A stretch of DNA of 64,000 bases from Harriotta raleighana (Eukaryota). A program made the position numbers and the translations under genes. The notes under the pieces were generated by a model. That model worked only from the letters and a program-made list of their open reading frames with translations, was not told the DNA's origin and did no database searches. Below are positions 14,026 through 27,375 of this stretch, in pieces. Numbering within the stretch: position 1 is the stretch's first letter; each line of letters starts with the position of its first letter. The stretch spans positions 51,530 to 115,529 of the forward strand of contig JBNZDD010013638.1 in the NCBI GenBank assembly GCA_050575255.1, given 5' to 3'.

Positions 14026-14753
14026 GGTGGAAAATTTAAGGACATTTTGTGCATAGTTAAATTGTGCTCTGTATAGGGCTGATTCTGTGGCCTACACCCA
14101 AAATATCCTGTAGCCTTGGACAAAGTTATAAATTGTATTACACAACAAATGCCTCGTTGGAAAGGAAATGCTGGTCGCCAGTTGGCATAAATGTCAACAA
14201 AAGGGAAAATAAGTGAATCATAGAATTTAAAGGCTTTCCAGAAATACATAGACATTGACAACAGTCATTAATCTCTCAACTCAAGACCACAACAAAGTTG
14301 TCTATAAATTACCATTGTTTTTAATGTTAAATCAACTCCAGAACATAACCTGTGATTTGATACTTGGGCTTTGAAATGAGTAAAGAGAAATTTCACCATT
14401 GGGCTGGATGGACTCGGGGTCTCTGTGTCCTTCCTCCTTTCTCTTTTTGACTAGTGCTGTGAGATCTTTAACATCCACCTGAACAGGCAGCTGAGACCTC
14501 GGTTTAGCAAAGGATGGCACCTCCGACAATCCAGTACTGTATTGGAGCATCCACTTATCGGACTACGTGATTCTCAGTCTCTATGTGGGGCTTAAACCAC
14601 ATTCTTCTGACTTGGATGCAAAAGTCTACCATTGAGCCAGGCTGACACACAATAATAAAAGCCACAGCTTTGGGTTTCATGTCTCAAACACTTCTGCCAT
14701 GGACCTGCCCCATGGAGCCATGCTTGTGTTTGCTCTATTAAATGATATCAGCC

Positions 14754-15135
14754 ACAACAACAACAACTTCAATTTATATAGCGCTCTCCACGCCGGCCGG
14801 CGTCTCAGAGCGCTTCACAATAACGGATCCCGGGACCGAGCCAGGGGCAGGGACAGAAAGGTGACAAAAAGAGAAAGGTCTTCAGCTGTGACCTGAAACT
14901 GGGAAGAGAGGGCGCGAAGAGAAGGGAGTAAGGAAGGGAGTTCCAGAGCCTTGGGGCGTGGTGGCTGAAGGCACTGCCGCCGAGGGTGGGGCGGAGGATT
15001 CGGGGGACATGGAGGAGGCCAGACCCAGAGGAGCGAAGGCAGCGAGTGCTGGTTTGGGGGGAGAGGAGATCAGAGAGATAGGGGGGTGCAGAGGAGTGGA
15101 GGGATTTGAAAACAAGGGTGAGGATCTTGAAGTCA
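14754..15135 (-). mobile_element. L2 LINE 3' fragment, second subfamily with a GC-rich hairpin tail
   Basis: (caa)n tail, agcgctct...agagcgct hairpin; CpG-rich, so probably young. Confidence 0.85.
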
Positions 15136-17290
15136 AAGTTATTTGGCGTCCTTTAAAAACCCTGACTGAATCCCTCTCCTCTCCCTCCCTTTAGTCACCT
15201 CTGCCTCCTGCTCCCTTTCTTTCATACCCTGATCAATCACATCCAAAATAATCTGTCTGATTTTTTTTGTGGGCCTCCTGTGTCGTGCGCTTGTTTCTGT
15301 GAGCACATAAGGACTAAGTTAGAGACGTAGGAAAAATAGCAGCAAAATGAAGAGGTGACAAAAGTAGTCAAAGTTGGAGGATGTAGCAGACAAAACATAA
15401 AAAGCCTCACTCATAGTGCAGTTGACTCTGCCCCATCCCAGACTCTCTCGCTTACAAATGTTGTGGTTGGGAAAAAAAGCAAGCCACTGGTGACTCATTG
15501 TTCCCAGGTAGAGTGCAGTATTTCACTTCAGTCACAGTCTGAATTGGGTTGAAGGTCAGTAGGTGCTCTGAACACATTTACAATAGGTTATAGTTACATA
15601 ATTTATACATTGTGACTCTAAGTTTATCAAAGGAAGAGAGAGAATTATAAAAGTATGCGTGGCCTCTCCCAAAATGACTTGTTTATAATAATCATAATAT
15701 ACAAATTATACAAATAAATGATGATTTTACCTGTATAGATATGGGGTAAAAAAATAAGTGATAATTAATACTGGTGAAAATCATGACATCACCAAATTAT
15801 ACAATCCAACCAGGGTTTCATTTATCAATCGGTTTTGGGCGTGAATTCCCCTCCCGACTTTGGTACAATGGTTTGGCCTGAGGGCTCACCCATGGCTACT
15901 ATTTTTGTTGCCGCAGAGTATTTCAGCGCCACTTTATGGGGCAACGACTTAACTCAAAGACAGTGAGTGGCACTCAATGTCAGTATTGTTTATCATATCG
16001 CCCATTGCATCTTTCATTCTCCGCCTGCTCCCCTCCCCCAGCCACTATGGTGCAAAACTACTTTGCTGCTAATGGCTCAGTGAGGGTGAGACTGAGCCAG
16101 ATTGGATTTATAATAAGAATCCTTGCATTTGATATCTCTAGCATTTTGTCACATTTTCAAGACACCTTAAAGAGCCTCATGGGGTATACTGTAAAGTGGA
16201 TTCACTGTATTTTACTGGCAAAATTTCTAATCTTCTGATGTTATTTTAGACAACTGTACAATTCATCTCATAGCTAGTGACAGTAATATTAGCCAGACTT
16301 CCTGGTCCTGATCCCAATCTGAAGAGATACATGTCTTCAACAGTCCAACACCCCACTGACGTTCAATTTTCGAGTTCAGACTTGGGTGAAGGATTGCAGG
16401 GTCACTGCTGTTGTCTGTGGAAGTCCAATCAAAGCATAACTCAAAACCTTCAGGACTGAACAGGAGGAGGAAAGTGAGAACAAGCTTGCACCAATAGCCT
16501 CGAGGCATTCCTTCCATCAAAATGTGACGTGCATTTTCTTTACAGATCCTAGAAATCCTCTAAAGATAGGGAAATGCTAAAAGGTCTTTTTTAGAGAGAA
16601 AATTGGCAGCGTTTCCAGAGCAAGCCTGCTAACCGGCAGAATAACAAACAAGGGACCTCTCACACATGTCTCTCCTGAATGTTTGGTGGCATGAGTTCAA
16701 GTCATATGGTCCCACTAACATTTCTTGGAATAATGTGGATTTCCTGGAGGTTTAGGGTGGATTGTAAGCAGGAAGCTGGGTCTTTGCAGTTAATCAGAGA
16801 TTAAGGTCTGACTTTGTGTGTGTGTGTGTGGGGGGGTTTGGGGGGCAGTATGTGTGTGTGTTTAATAGAATTAATCCCAACTCAAAACAGTGTATTTCTG
16901 TTGGCTTTGTTTTTAGAAAATACTTGAGTTACCAAGATAAATAACATAGCAATTTGAGTAAAGCAGCAATGAAACACAGAAAGATTAGACTTTTATTTTT
17001 AAGCCTTGTGCTTGTAAAGGTGATGGGTGTTGTTCTGCTCATCCATTGTTACCGTCAATAGATGTATCCAGCCCAGGTGTTCTACCTTTTGGTACAGAGT
17101 AAAGCCCTCTCTGCCTCAAGAAGGATTAGCACTCCTCACTCCATAAGACTCTGGGCATGGAATGTCCTACCAAAATGGTAGGGTTGAAGTGGAATCTATA
17201 TATCTTTTACAAGAGAATCAGACAAACAGTTTAAAAAAAAGAGAAATATCAAAAGTATTTTTATGAGATAGATAAAAAGAAATCAAACCA

Positions 17291-18082
17291 CAGTAAAACT
17301 TTGTTTATCTGTGACTTGATGAACCGGAAAACTCGTTCAACCGCCACCTCAAAAAAAGTTCCGATTCGATTAACCGTAAGTTATCCGGCAAATAGTGATG
17401 ACCCGTTTAATGAATGGACTGTTGCAAGCGAGTCCAGAACTCATGAATGCAGTACTCGTGGTTGGCCACTAGGTGTGTCTAAACTGGTGAGATGGTCAGA
17501 GCCCTAGGCAGCAGCCATTTACAGGTGAGAGAGAGGGACACACAGATAGAAAGGGACACACACATACAGATAGAGAGAAAAACACAGATAGAGACACACA
17601 CACAGAGACATAGAGAGAGACACACACTTAGATACAGAGAGGGAGGGAGACACAGAGACAGAGTCACAGACACATAGACAGAGAGAGACACACACCTAGA
17701 CAGAGAGAGACACACACCTAGACAGAAAGAGAGAGACCACACAGAGAGAGACAGAGAGAGAAAAAGTTGCGTTTTTTCTTACCTCGGTCGTTTTTATCCA
17801 TTAATGGAAACTCACGCATAGTGATGATTGTCTAAGCTATTACAACACAGAAGTAGCAACTTTGGTCAATTTGATCTAAAAAGGTCGGGTGAGGGCTGCG
17901 ATTGCAAAGTTAAGTATAAATAAAAGTACTAATACAATATTCAGTTGTTATTTAGTCTATTATTAATATGGTATGTGTTAAAAAAAATGTTTAATTACTT
18001 TTTTTTAATATCCGTTCAACCAGAAAAACGGTTTAACCGCCACTGGCCAGGTCCCGTGGGTGCGGATAACAAGGTTTTACTG
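17291..18082. mobile_element. Non-autonomous Tc1/mariner (pogo/Tigger-like) element with terminal inverted repeats and an internal microsatellite
   Basis: Left end cagtaaaactttgtttatctg; right end reverse complement cagtaaaaccttgttatccg; TA follows at 18083-18084 (CA on the left side). Subterminal direct repeat (g/c)aacc(g/a)gaaaa...gtt(c/t)aaccgccac occurs near both ends. Confidence 0.75.
17527..17760. repeat. (AG/AC)n compound microsatellite
   Basis: gagagagacacacacagagacagag-type low-complexity run. Confidence 0.92.
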
Positions 18083-19199
18083 TAAATGGATAGCTTTCAG
18101 ACAGCCAGTAGACATGATGGGCCAAATGGCCTCCTCCAATGTTGCAAATTCACCAACTCTGTGACTCACACCTTTGCCTGTCTCTTTTCTCACCACCTCT
18201 ATTCCTAGGCCAGTCTGAACTATGGTCAATGTTGGTTCGTGAATTCATATCTATGAAGCACTGAATTAAGAGAGCCATAGCCTCATTCCATAAACTGTAT
18301 GACCCTTACAGCTGAAAGAGCAAGGAAATTGGGAAATTACCAAGCTCACCAAGCTGGAAGGGTTTAACTACACATCTCAGTGACGAAAGGCAAAGTTCTC
18401 TGTTCCGTTATGCACACTAGTTCCTCCAAGGTACTGTATTTACAACCAAAAATGTGTTTTGGGTTTGTCACCGTGGCTGAAATTTGTGGCATTTTATAAT
18501 GTAAGGATTGTCACTTATGGAAAGGCTACAAATTGCAAGTCTTAAGTATTGCTGTTACTGCATCAGCTTACTGAAATACCAAAAGAGACGTTTAAAGAAT
18601 CGTTCACTTGCGTTATAAAAGGAATAGAATGTGAAACTGGATGTATTACAGTATTTAGAATAAACTAAGTGACAAAATGAACCTATTATAAATATCTTAT
18701 CAGCTGGTCACATTGTTGCCTATGTGTTTTTCCCAGTTAGTAATGATGTGACAATCATTAATCCTTCAGTGTATATCATTTTGCCCCAGTGATACACAGC
18801 GCATTGATATTTAGTAGACTAACTGATAATGTTTATTATCAAACGTATTGATCCTGACATATATTCATTTAGAAACTAGTGATTGGTTTCAAGCCTGCAG
18901 TCTCATCTCTTGGCTCAGCTGGCTGTTGGAACTCTCTCACACTTCAGTGTCATGATTTGCATTATCAGAAGCCTTTGATTGTATTTCTTCCTTGAGATCA
19001 GTTTGTGCTGCCGGTTGTTCTCCAGATTGAGATTGTATTAAAACACAGAATGATAAATAGCCATTTGGCCCATTAACCTTGTGGAAACACTTATCCTACT
19101 ATGGGATTCACTTCACTTACTCCCATCACCTGAGGGAATGTGCTCCATTGATTTAAAAATAAATCTTATATTTGATATCCTTGGTACTCGTCTTTCACC

Positions 19200-19545
19200 C
19201 ATGAAGTGAATGTCCAGGGATTTGGCAGGCTGAATGGTGAGAAACTATTTTCTCTGGCGAGAGAATTAAGAACTGGAGACCAATAGTCTTAAACTTGAGG
19301 CTAAATAGTTTAGAAATTAAATAAGGAGGTATTGTTTCACACAGCAGGTGTGGTAGTGTGGATTCCACTCCCCCAGAGGGCAGGGGAGACAGAGTCAGTT
19401 CAAGAATTTAAAAGGCAAATAGATATATGCTTGACAAATAGAGGTACCGAGGGATATGGAGAGGGGGTGAAATTGATTTGCGATCTTAGAAAGTGTTGGG
19501 ACAGGCCTGATCGGCTGAATGGCCTACTGTTCTTATGTGCTTTAT
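19200..19545 (+). mobile_element. CR1-type LINE 3' end (approximate bounds)
   Basis: Degenerate ORF2 end, then a ...ggctgaatggcctactgttcttatg tail. Related tails at about 11210-11350 (-), 29505-29650 (-), 34840-35090 (-), 33960-34030 (+) and 55960-56060 (+). Confidence 0.75.
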
Positions 19546-22500
19546 ATTGGTCAGGACGCAGAAGAAAGTCCCTTCTATTTTCGGATAATGCCATAAGATC
19601 TTTAATGACCACTTGAACAGGCAGATGGGACCTTAGTTTAATGTCTCATCTGAAGGGCAGCTTCACTGACAATGCAGCATTTCCTTGAATGTCAGCTGTG
19701 TATGTGAGCTCCTGAGTTCACCTGGTGAAGTCTACTTTTGATGCTGATGATTTCCATTAGAATTCCCATTGACCTACAGGAACTCCTTACAGCAGATTGC
19801 ACCACCTTTTACAGCTCCCATTAAAAACCTCACAATTTGGTGTCTAGTGACAGAACATTTAAATCATATTGGACCTCTATTAGACATGATTTGCGTTGAC
19901 CTTAACGTTTCACCCGCTAGTACTTACAAAATTAATTCCAAGCATTTTTGGAAGCATATTGAGTTGCATTGAAGTCATTGTAAGTATTTGACCCATTGAC
20001 TGTACTTTATATATTCAGTGCTTGAATTTCTGAGTGTATGACCGTTGTGCTCTTTTCAACTCTCCAGAAGTTGTGAATTGGATAAGCTCTCAACCTCTTG
20101 TTGCATTCAGTTTTAGAAAGTAATTATTAATAACGGCAGGCTTCCTGTTTCCATCCACCTTTTACCTCCCCCTGCACATATACACGTGCATATACATCAC
20201 AGCTGCAGAGGATCAGATGTGACTGGGAGCCAGAGGCCACTGCCTGACGCACCTCCATCTATATAGAAGTAACAGCCTCCTGTATTGCAAGTGTGTAATC
20301 AAACTTTTAGCAACCTGTGTTATTTAATAACATAGTGGAATGATCCTTAGCCACTCATCAACTGTGATTCGCTTTGAAAATTGTGGACTTTGTTTTCCTT
20401 TACATTTCTACCTTTTTAGCCTTTCAGAGATTATTTACATATATTTTTTAAAACTCCTCAAATATGAATCATTATTTCCCATAGGTTTCTTTCCCCCCCA
20501 TGGTGTTTTTCTCTCGCAAAATATTTGTCACAAAAGGAATTGTGACAAAATGATTTTTGTTTCATTGTCTTTTTAAAAAAAAAAGTATGTACAACAAAAT
20601 TTTATTATCTTGCAATGTCTTGTGTTTAAAGTAGTGGAATCTACCTTGGTCCCACTACTAATAAGCCTTGCATTTGATAGAGCACCTTGCCATGTCTTTG
20701 AGAGGTCACAAATCGCTTCACAGTATATAGCTTAAAGTGAATTGACTGTATATTTTGTGGGCAAAACGGAGCACCCAATTGTACACAGCAGTTCCCACAA
20801 CCATCGTGGATTGAGTAACCAATTTATATCCCCAGAATAGCAATCTGACAGTCAACTAATAACTGGGTTCCTACTCATTACTAGGTAAATGTGGAGGAAA
20901 GAAACATAGCCAATATTTTGCTCTGCCAGGAGATTCTCATTTGCGAGGAGAATGTTCTAACCACTGAGCTACAGGATAGGGGTCATCTGAAGGGTGGCTT
21001 CTCTGACAATGCAGCATCTCAATGGAGTAGATTGAGCAGGCTCCGCACACTCTGAAAGCAGATCACACTGCTCTCACAGTTAACATTCTGACTGGGAACC
21101 TTGCCTTGCTGTCTCTTTAACTTCAGTGAGACTTGGCTGACTGTATAGCAAAAAAAAGATTTGCTGTCAGCCAGCCAGCTGGATCTCTGTCATCATGCCA
21201 GGTGATCTGAAATTAATTCCCAGATGCCTCGCACTGTGAAACAACAGTGGAGAACTTTAAGTTTCAGAACATCTGGATTGAGGGAATGAATAGTGGATGG
21301 TTGGCTGAAGCAGATAGTTTGTGGTTAGAGGTTTTTCTGAAGGAGTCCTTTTTGATCCCATTCCTGTAGGTTCGGGTTGGGAAGGAAGTGAGAGCGCTGT
21401 GTTTTTCTACAGTGAATATTCACCCCACATCGTTACAGTCAAAAAGAAAGTTTCGGCAGCAGAATCCTGTTTCTGTTCTTTCGAAGCTTTGCCCAGGTGA
21501 CTGTCACTATCAACAATAACCCGAACACTTATATATTGCCCTTCTTGCAGGGAAACGCTAATTGGTCACTTTCCCTCCGCTCTTGCCAGCACAGAATTTC
21601 TGAGGCTGAGGCTACTATCTCTCCATAGATCCAGGATTGTACCTGGGTGCTTACTGGTCTGGATGGGTCAGTGCCAGAGTAGACAAGGGCTTTTACTACC
21701 AGGAGGTTTTCTGTAACCCTTGACAAGATGTCATCTTTCAACAATGGTACTCATGAGACCGAGTCACTAGATTGTGACTGTACTCAGAATCACTGACAAC
21801 CACATTGACACGGTTTGAAGTCGGTTTCTTTGACTTATTGTGATGGATGTTTAACAACAGATGCAAGAATTACAGATCAATTATTCATTGATGCAATTTC
21901 AATAATTATAATAATAATTCCGGCATTTGATATAGCGCCTTATCACGTCTTCGAGTTGTCTCAAAGTGCTTCACAGAATACATTGTAATATAAATTGACT
22001 GTGTACTTTGTAAGGAAAATGTGGCAGCCAATGTGGAAGAAATGAAGCTGAAATGTGATATTCACAAACTAATTTGAGTTGTTAATTGCTTTTCAACTTC
22101 AGATTGCTAGATTTGTAATAAAAAACAGTGAATCATGAGGTAGTAAAGCGTAAAAACAATCTGGTGAGCAATTCACCAGTGGAAAACAACTGGCCTGTTG
22201 TTCACCAGTCTTTTTTTTCAGATGGTTTGTGATTCACTCTGTTGAAAATTTTGCTTGAATCTCTCATTTTCCACCTCAATAATTTGGTGGTGCAGTGAGG
22301 TGTGGAAGATTACTTTAGATGTCAGCAATAATGATGATGCTCAAAGCAAACATAGAATCAAGATTCTTACCTGTAACAATGCTGCTATTTCATAATACTG
22401 TAGTAAAATTATCTCCTGCTCGGAGGCAAACTTACAACTTGTGCCAGTGCTTTGCCAAGACGTATCTTGTTGCACTCGTCTAGACATATAGTCATTCACA

Positions 22501-25500
22501 TAATAATAGTCCGTGCATTTGATACAGCACCCTTCATGTTAGCAGGGCATCTCAAAGTGCTTGACCAATTTACTGTAAAGTATAGTGACTATATATTGTA
22601 GGCAAACATGTTTGTCAATTTGTACACAGCAAGTAGACTTCCAAGTGTCCTTCAAATAGCCATAAGTGAATGACCAATTTTATCAGGGTGATTGTTACCT
22701 AGGTCACAGGAGAAACTCCCTTCTCTTTTCTAATAGTGTTAACATCCACCTGACCAAACAAATGCTACCTCGGTTTAATGTCTCACCCGAAGAACAGTAT
22801 CTCTGACATACCACCCCACCAGCTCTACATTGAAGTGTCAGCCATAACTAGGAGCTCAAAGTTCTAATGTAGTACTTGAACCCACAATATTTTGACTCCA
22901 CTAAGTGCGAACAACTCATTCAGAGTGCTCTAATTTGCAGCTTGTGTAAACCCCCATTTAATTAACAACCAATGAAAATATGGAGAGAGTGAATTGTAGG
23001 ACTAGGAAGGTAGGAGGTATAATGCACTATAACTGGTTTGCAGTTTGAAACAGTGAACACTTTCACAAACAGGCCTCTATGTAAATGTTTACCAGATGAG
23101 AAAATAATCTCTTTGTTTCTGAATGAATTTGCTGTGGGACAGTTAATGTGTAATAGATACATTGAATTATCAAAATAACCTTTTCACTTTTGGAGAAATT
23201 CACAATTTGAGGTATTCTTAATACTAATAATCCCTTGCATTTGATATTGTGCTTTTCATTTTGGGAAGATACCTCACAGGATCTACTATCAAGTGTAGTG
23301 ACTGTGTTTTTGAATACTGTAGTACCATTCGATCTTTAATCTGCATCTAATTAGGATCTCACCTTAACTGTGAGCTCAAAGACCCGACATAGAACTTGAG
23401 CCCACAATCTCCCGACTCAGAGGTGAAAGCACGAATGAACTGAGCTAGCCTGACATAAATTGACAAGTGTAAGAATATTGTTTTTCTTTTCCTATTCCTT
23501 TCCTGGTGTTCACTTTTTGAATAGTAAAAGCGCATCTGAAGAAAAGGCAAGAAGGCTCTAGGTTTGGTTTGATGTCTCATTTCAAAGACCCTCACCTAGA
23601 ACTACATCAGAGTGACAGCCTAGGCTATGAACTCGAGTGCAAATGTAGAGCCAGATACCATAATTTTCTGTCCCAATGCAAAAGCACCACCAACCGAACC
23701 TAGCTGGCATCTGCCTCTATACTGTCTTTTGGGCTTCATCTGAAACCAGCTCTCCAAGGTGCAAGGTCTAATGCATTGAAACTTAAATCTGCCAAATTTA
23801 GGTGCTTTCTGACAAAATTCTGACAAGATAACTCAGTGAAACAGTCTTCCAACCTTTCTAGCAAGTTTGAGCACAGGAGATTTCATTTTACAATTCATTT
23901 TAGGTTCTATTTTAAAATGTCAGCGCAGTTCCCCAATGGCCTCTTGAATAAAAGCACTGACTGACCCCGGAGTCAAAGTCAAGGACAGAAACTGTATTGA
24001 ATACTCAGTGTAGATAGAGTGAGCGGGTCACAGACGAGAGCAGAGATTGGAGCACTGCAATTGGCCCCATTGCCTCTCGAGCTAAGAGAGGATAAAGTCA
24101 GTGTGTTGTGGCCTGCCACTGCTCGTAAGTGGATGTCAGGTGAGGGTAATGACAGCCCTGGCCATGGAGGTCGAGTAGCCATCAGCTGTCATTGTGTTGC
24201 CCACGTGTAAATAATAGTTACTTGGATAAGGTACTAGAGGAAACCTGTGGAACTTCCTCAATAGAGGAAACTGTACTTCAGTAGAGTCAAATTGGTTCGA
24301 GGGGATAAAATACAATGTGGTGTGCTGTGCAGTTTGCCAGATTGATGCTCACTGGAGGCCAGGCACACCATCACAGCTCCTGGGATGCATCATGTTTACT
24401 CAAATCTAAGGTGGAGGCAAATTTCAGAGGGTTTGGGGAAAAACAAGGAGCTTTACTACTGTGGATTGTTCACTCAATCCACATCTGTTTGTGAGACATT
24501 GCTGTGTGCAATTTGGCTGCTGTATTTCACCCATAAAATATACAATCAACTGCGTTTGCAGTATATTCTGTGAAGTGCTTTGAGACATCTGGAAGATGTG
24601 ATAAGGTGCTATATAATATTATTATAATACTGAAATCACTCTGATTTTTGGGGCACATTAAATTTAAAATGAAGTGTAGATTTTTTAAATGTAAATATGG
24701 CACTTTGTTTCAGTGAAGATAGCATGTAGGTGTGTTTCTAATACAGTAATTCAAGATAGAGATTCAGGGTATATCGTACAAACCACATCAGAGTGCACTT
24801 CACTATCACCTACGTTGTACCATCCACCTGTATACTGGAAGTGTGATACACATTGGGCTTTGGCCGTCCAGGTTCCTACAAAGTAATGTTAGCAACGACT
24901 TGACAAACAGTCAAGTGCTGATTTTTATAACGTGCCTCATTCTAACACTGCCGCTCAGTTTCTGGACCCAAACAATCACATTACAATGTGATCAACCTGT
25001 TGTTGGCAGAAAATTCAGATGGGAATCCAAGGAGTGAATGACTTTACAGCTTTTCAGTCACTCTCGTATCTAATTTTTCTATAATATACTGTAGAGTTGA
25101 CAGGGGTGGGGAGGGTTAATAAATTCAGGCTTGCGCTTTGCAGGGGTTTTGGTTGGTGCCGGGAGCCAATGAGCTCCTGGCTGCTGCCTGATTTGATCAG
25201 AACTGAAGGATTGAAGACTGTGATTTAATTGTTAAAGGTCTAGCCGTAATCTGCGGTTGTTCACCAGGGAAGCGATGGTCAGTATATATTACATCTGCTC
25301 GAGTGGACAGAGCTCTTAAGTATCTCAACTGATATTAATAGATGTCATCGGTACTGACGCTTTTCTAACCAGGCCCCAAAATGGAAATGTATTGCCACGG
25401 GCGAGAAACAAGGGAGGGCCTGGAGCGGAGAGGGCATTAGCAGGTCACACAACACAAGACCTTAAATTATTCCAGTGGGGCAGTTGATGGTGTCTGATGC

Positions 25501-26363
25501 TGTATCTGACTATATCTGTATCTGGCTGTATCTAGCTGTATCTGATGCCTGATAGTGCCTGGGAACAGCACTGTGATCATAATCCAATGATAGACACACA
25601 GGGTCGGGCCGGCTGCAGGATGGGCTTGTGCCTCCTCTGCTGTTATCCCCGGGGAGAGTGCGCTAAGTGAGAATTCCCTGACCAACACTGATCTTCTTTG
25701 AACGAGTGGCTGCACTGACCTGCTGCTAGGAGGCACTGAATGAAGCTCATTGTCTCCCAACGATGCTGAAACACTCCACCTTCATCAGCGGAAAAGACTA
25801 AAGCGTGAAAGATGAAAGACTTATGATTATTTGTGTCATCTGGAGGCAAAAGCCAACTGAAGTTTTCTCTCTCTCTCTCTCTCTCCTTCCCCTGTTAAGA
25901 TCAACTACTCCTCTAGCCCTCCCAGATATCAATTAATTCAGCTCAAAGCAGGTATGGAGCTTGGGATACCTTCTTGCTTTGATTGAGTGCATTATTCTGC
26001 TCGACCACAAACCACTCAAATCTTGATTTGGCTGACGTGTTCCTGCCAATATCAAGATAATTTCAAGTTAAACATCTCCCCTCCATCTCTGAAAGGTGTG
26101 TTGCCAGTGTACTTAGTGCTCTTATAGGGAGGGTTGGATGTGGTAAAAAGGTAAACAACAACAACCCGCATTTACATAGCACCCTTCACATGGTGCAGCA
26201 TCCCACAGAGCTCGACAGAGGTGGAATCTGACCCTGAGCCAGCAGGAAAGGGAGGCGACTGTAAACACGATTATTTTATTTAAAAAAGTCTTTAGGCAGG
26301 ATTTGAAAGTGGGATATTTATTTGTCTGTTTACTAGTGTTAATGATACTGTATTTATGTAACT

Positions 26364-26540
26364 GATTACTTTCTGTCTCCCTGTTTGAGTACGATATTGA
26401 TGACATGGAGATGATTATTTTCTGTTTCCCTGATTGTGTCCAGTACTGGTGAAATGTATAGACAGTCATTTTCTATCTCCCTGATAATATACTGTATTGC
26501 TAATACAGTACATGTGAATGATCACTTTTTGTCTCCCTGC
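26364..26540. repeat. Degenerate minisatellite, about 50-bp period, at least 4 units
   Basis: Core resembling gattactttctgtctccctg at 26364, 26413, 26465 and 26520. Confidence 0.7.
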
Positions 26541-27172
26541 TGGTGTATACTATTAGTGATGTGTATGGTAGGATTTACAATTCAGAATGCCATGGCTGGA
26601 GGAATGTTAAGGTTATTGAACTTTAAAATCTCTCTTGTGCACAGAACTTGCACAGAAGTATTCACCCACAAAGCTATCACAGTCACCATATTACTGTACA
26701 TCCAGTGAGGCTCTTTGAGAGATCAAGATGACGCGATAAGGCACTCTATTAAATGCCAGGATTATTAATATTATTAAAAAGGTCTGGAGGTAAGTGTTGA
26801 GGGTAGAGAGCAATGCCAGAGTTGCTGACCATCAAATAAGACAATAAACTGTCTGCATGCAGTCACTAGACCTGATAGTAATTACTTTGAAGCACTGCAA
26901 GACATTTTGACGTGGTAAGTCTGTGGGAGCAAAAATATAAGAAATATTATTTTCATATAAAAGAATATACTTGCACACTCCAGTAGAACGGTCCGTAACG
27001 TAGTATGTGTAAAGCAAATAGTGGATCCAGGAAAATGTTGGGTCTTCATTGGGGTGGGGAAGAGGAGAAGGAAGAAAGCTGAGTCAGCAAGAAATGTAAA
27101 ATAAAATGGCCCATTAGGTCTTCTGCTTTAATTCTACTTTCACCCCCCCCCTCCCCCATTCTCTCTTTGCAG

Positions 27173-27375
27173 GAATTCCCTTTCCCAAGAACTTTCTGCA
27201 GATCTGCAAGAAGATTCTCTGTCGACTCTTTCGAGTCTTTGTTCATGTTTACATTCACCACTTTGATCGGATCAGCACCATGGGAGCAGAGGCACACGTC
27301 AACACCTGTTATAAGCACTTTTATTACTTTGTAACGGAGTTTAACCTGGTAGACCGCAAGGAATTAGAACCATTG
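27173..27375 (+). CDS. MOB3B: MOB3B coding exon 2 (203 nt)
   Basis: Acceptor ctctctttgcag; reads (G)[67 protein letters not shown]; donor TTG|gtacgt. Phase 1 in and phase 0 out, compatible with the flanking exons. Not shown in the ORF track. Confidence 0.96.

Noticed and set aside
26364-26540. CRISPR-like repeat-spacer array
   Set aside because: Vertebrate intron, degenerate repeats, spacers partly similar to each other, and no cas genes.
27046-27318. 90-aa antisense ORF over MOB3B coding exon 2
   Set aside because: Shadow ORF of the coding exon with no independent signals.
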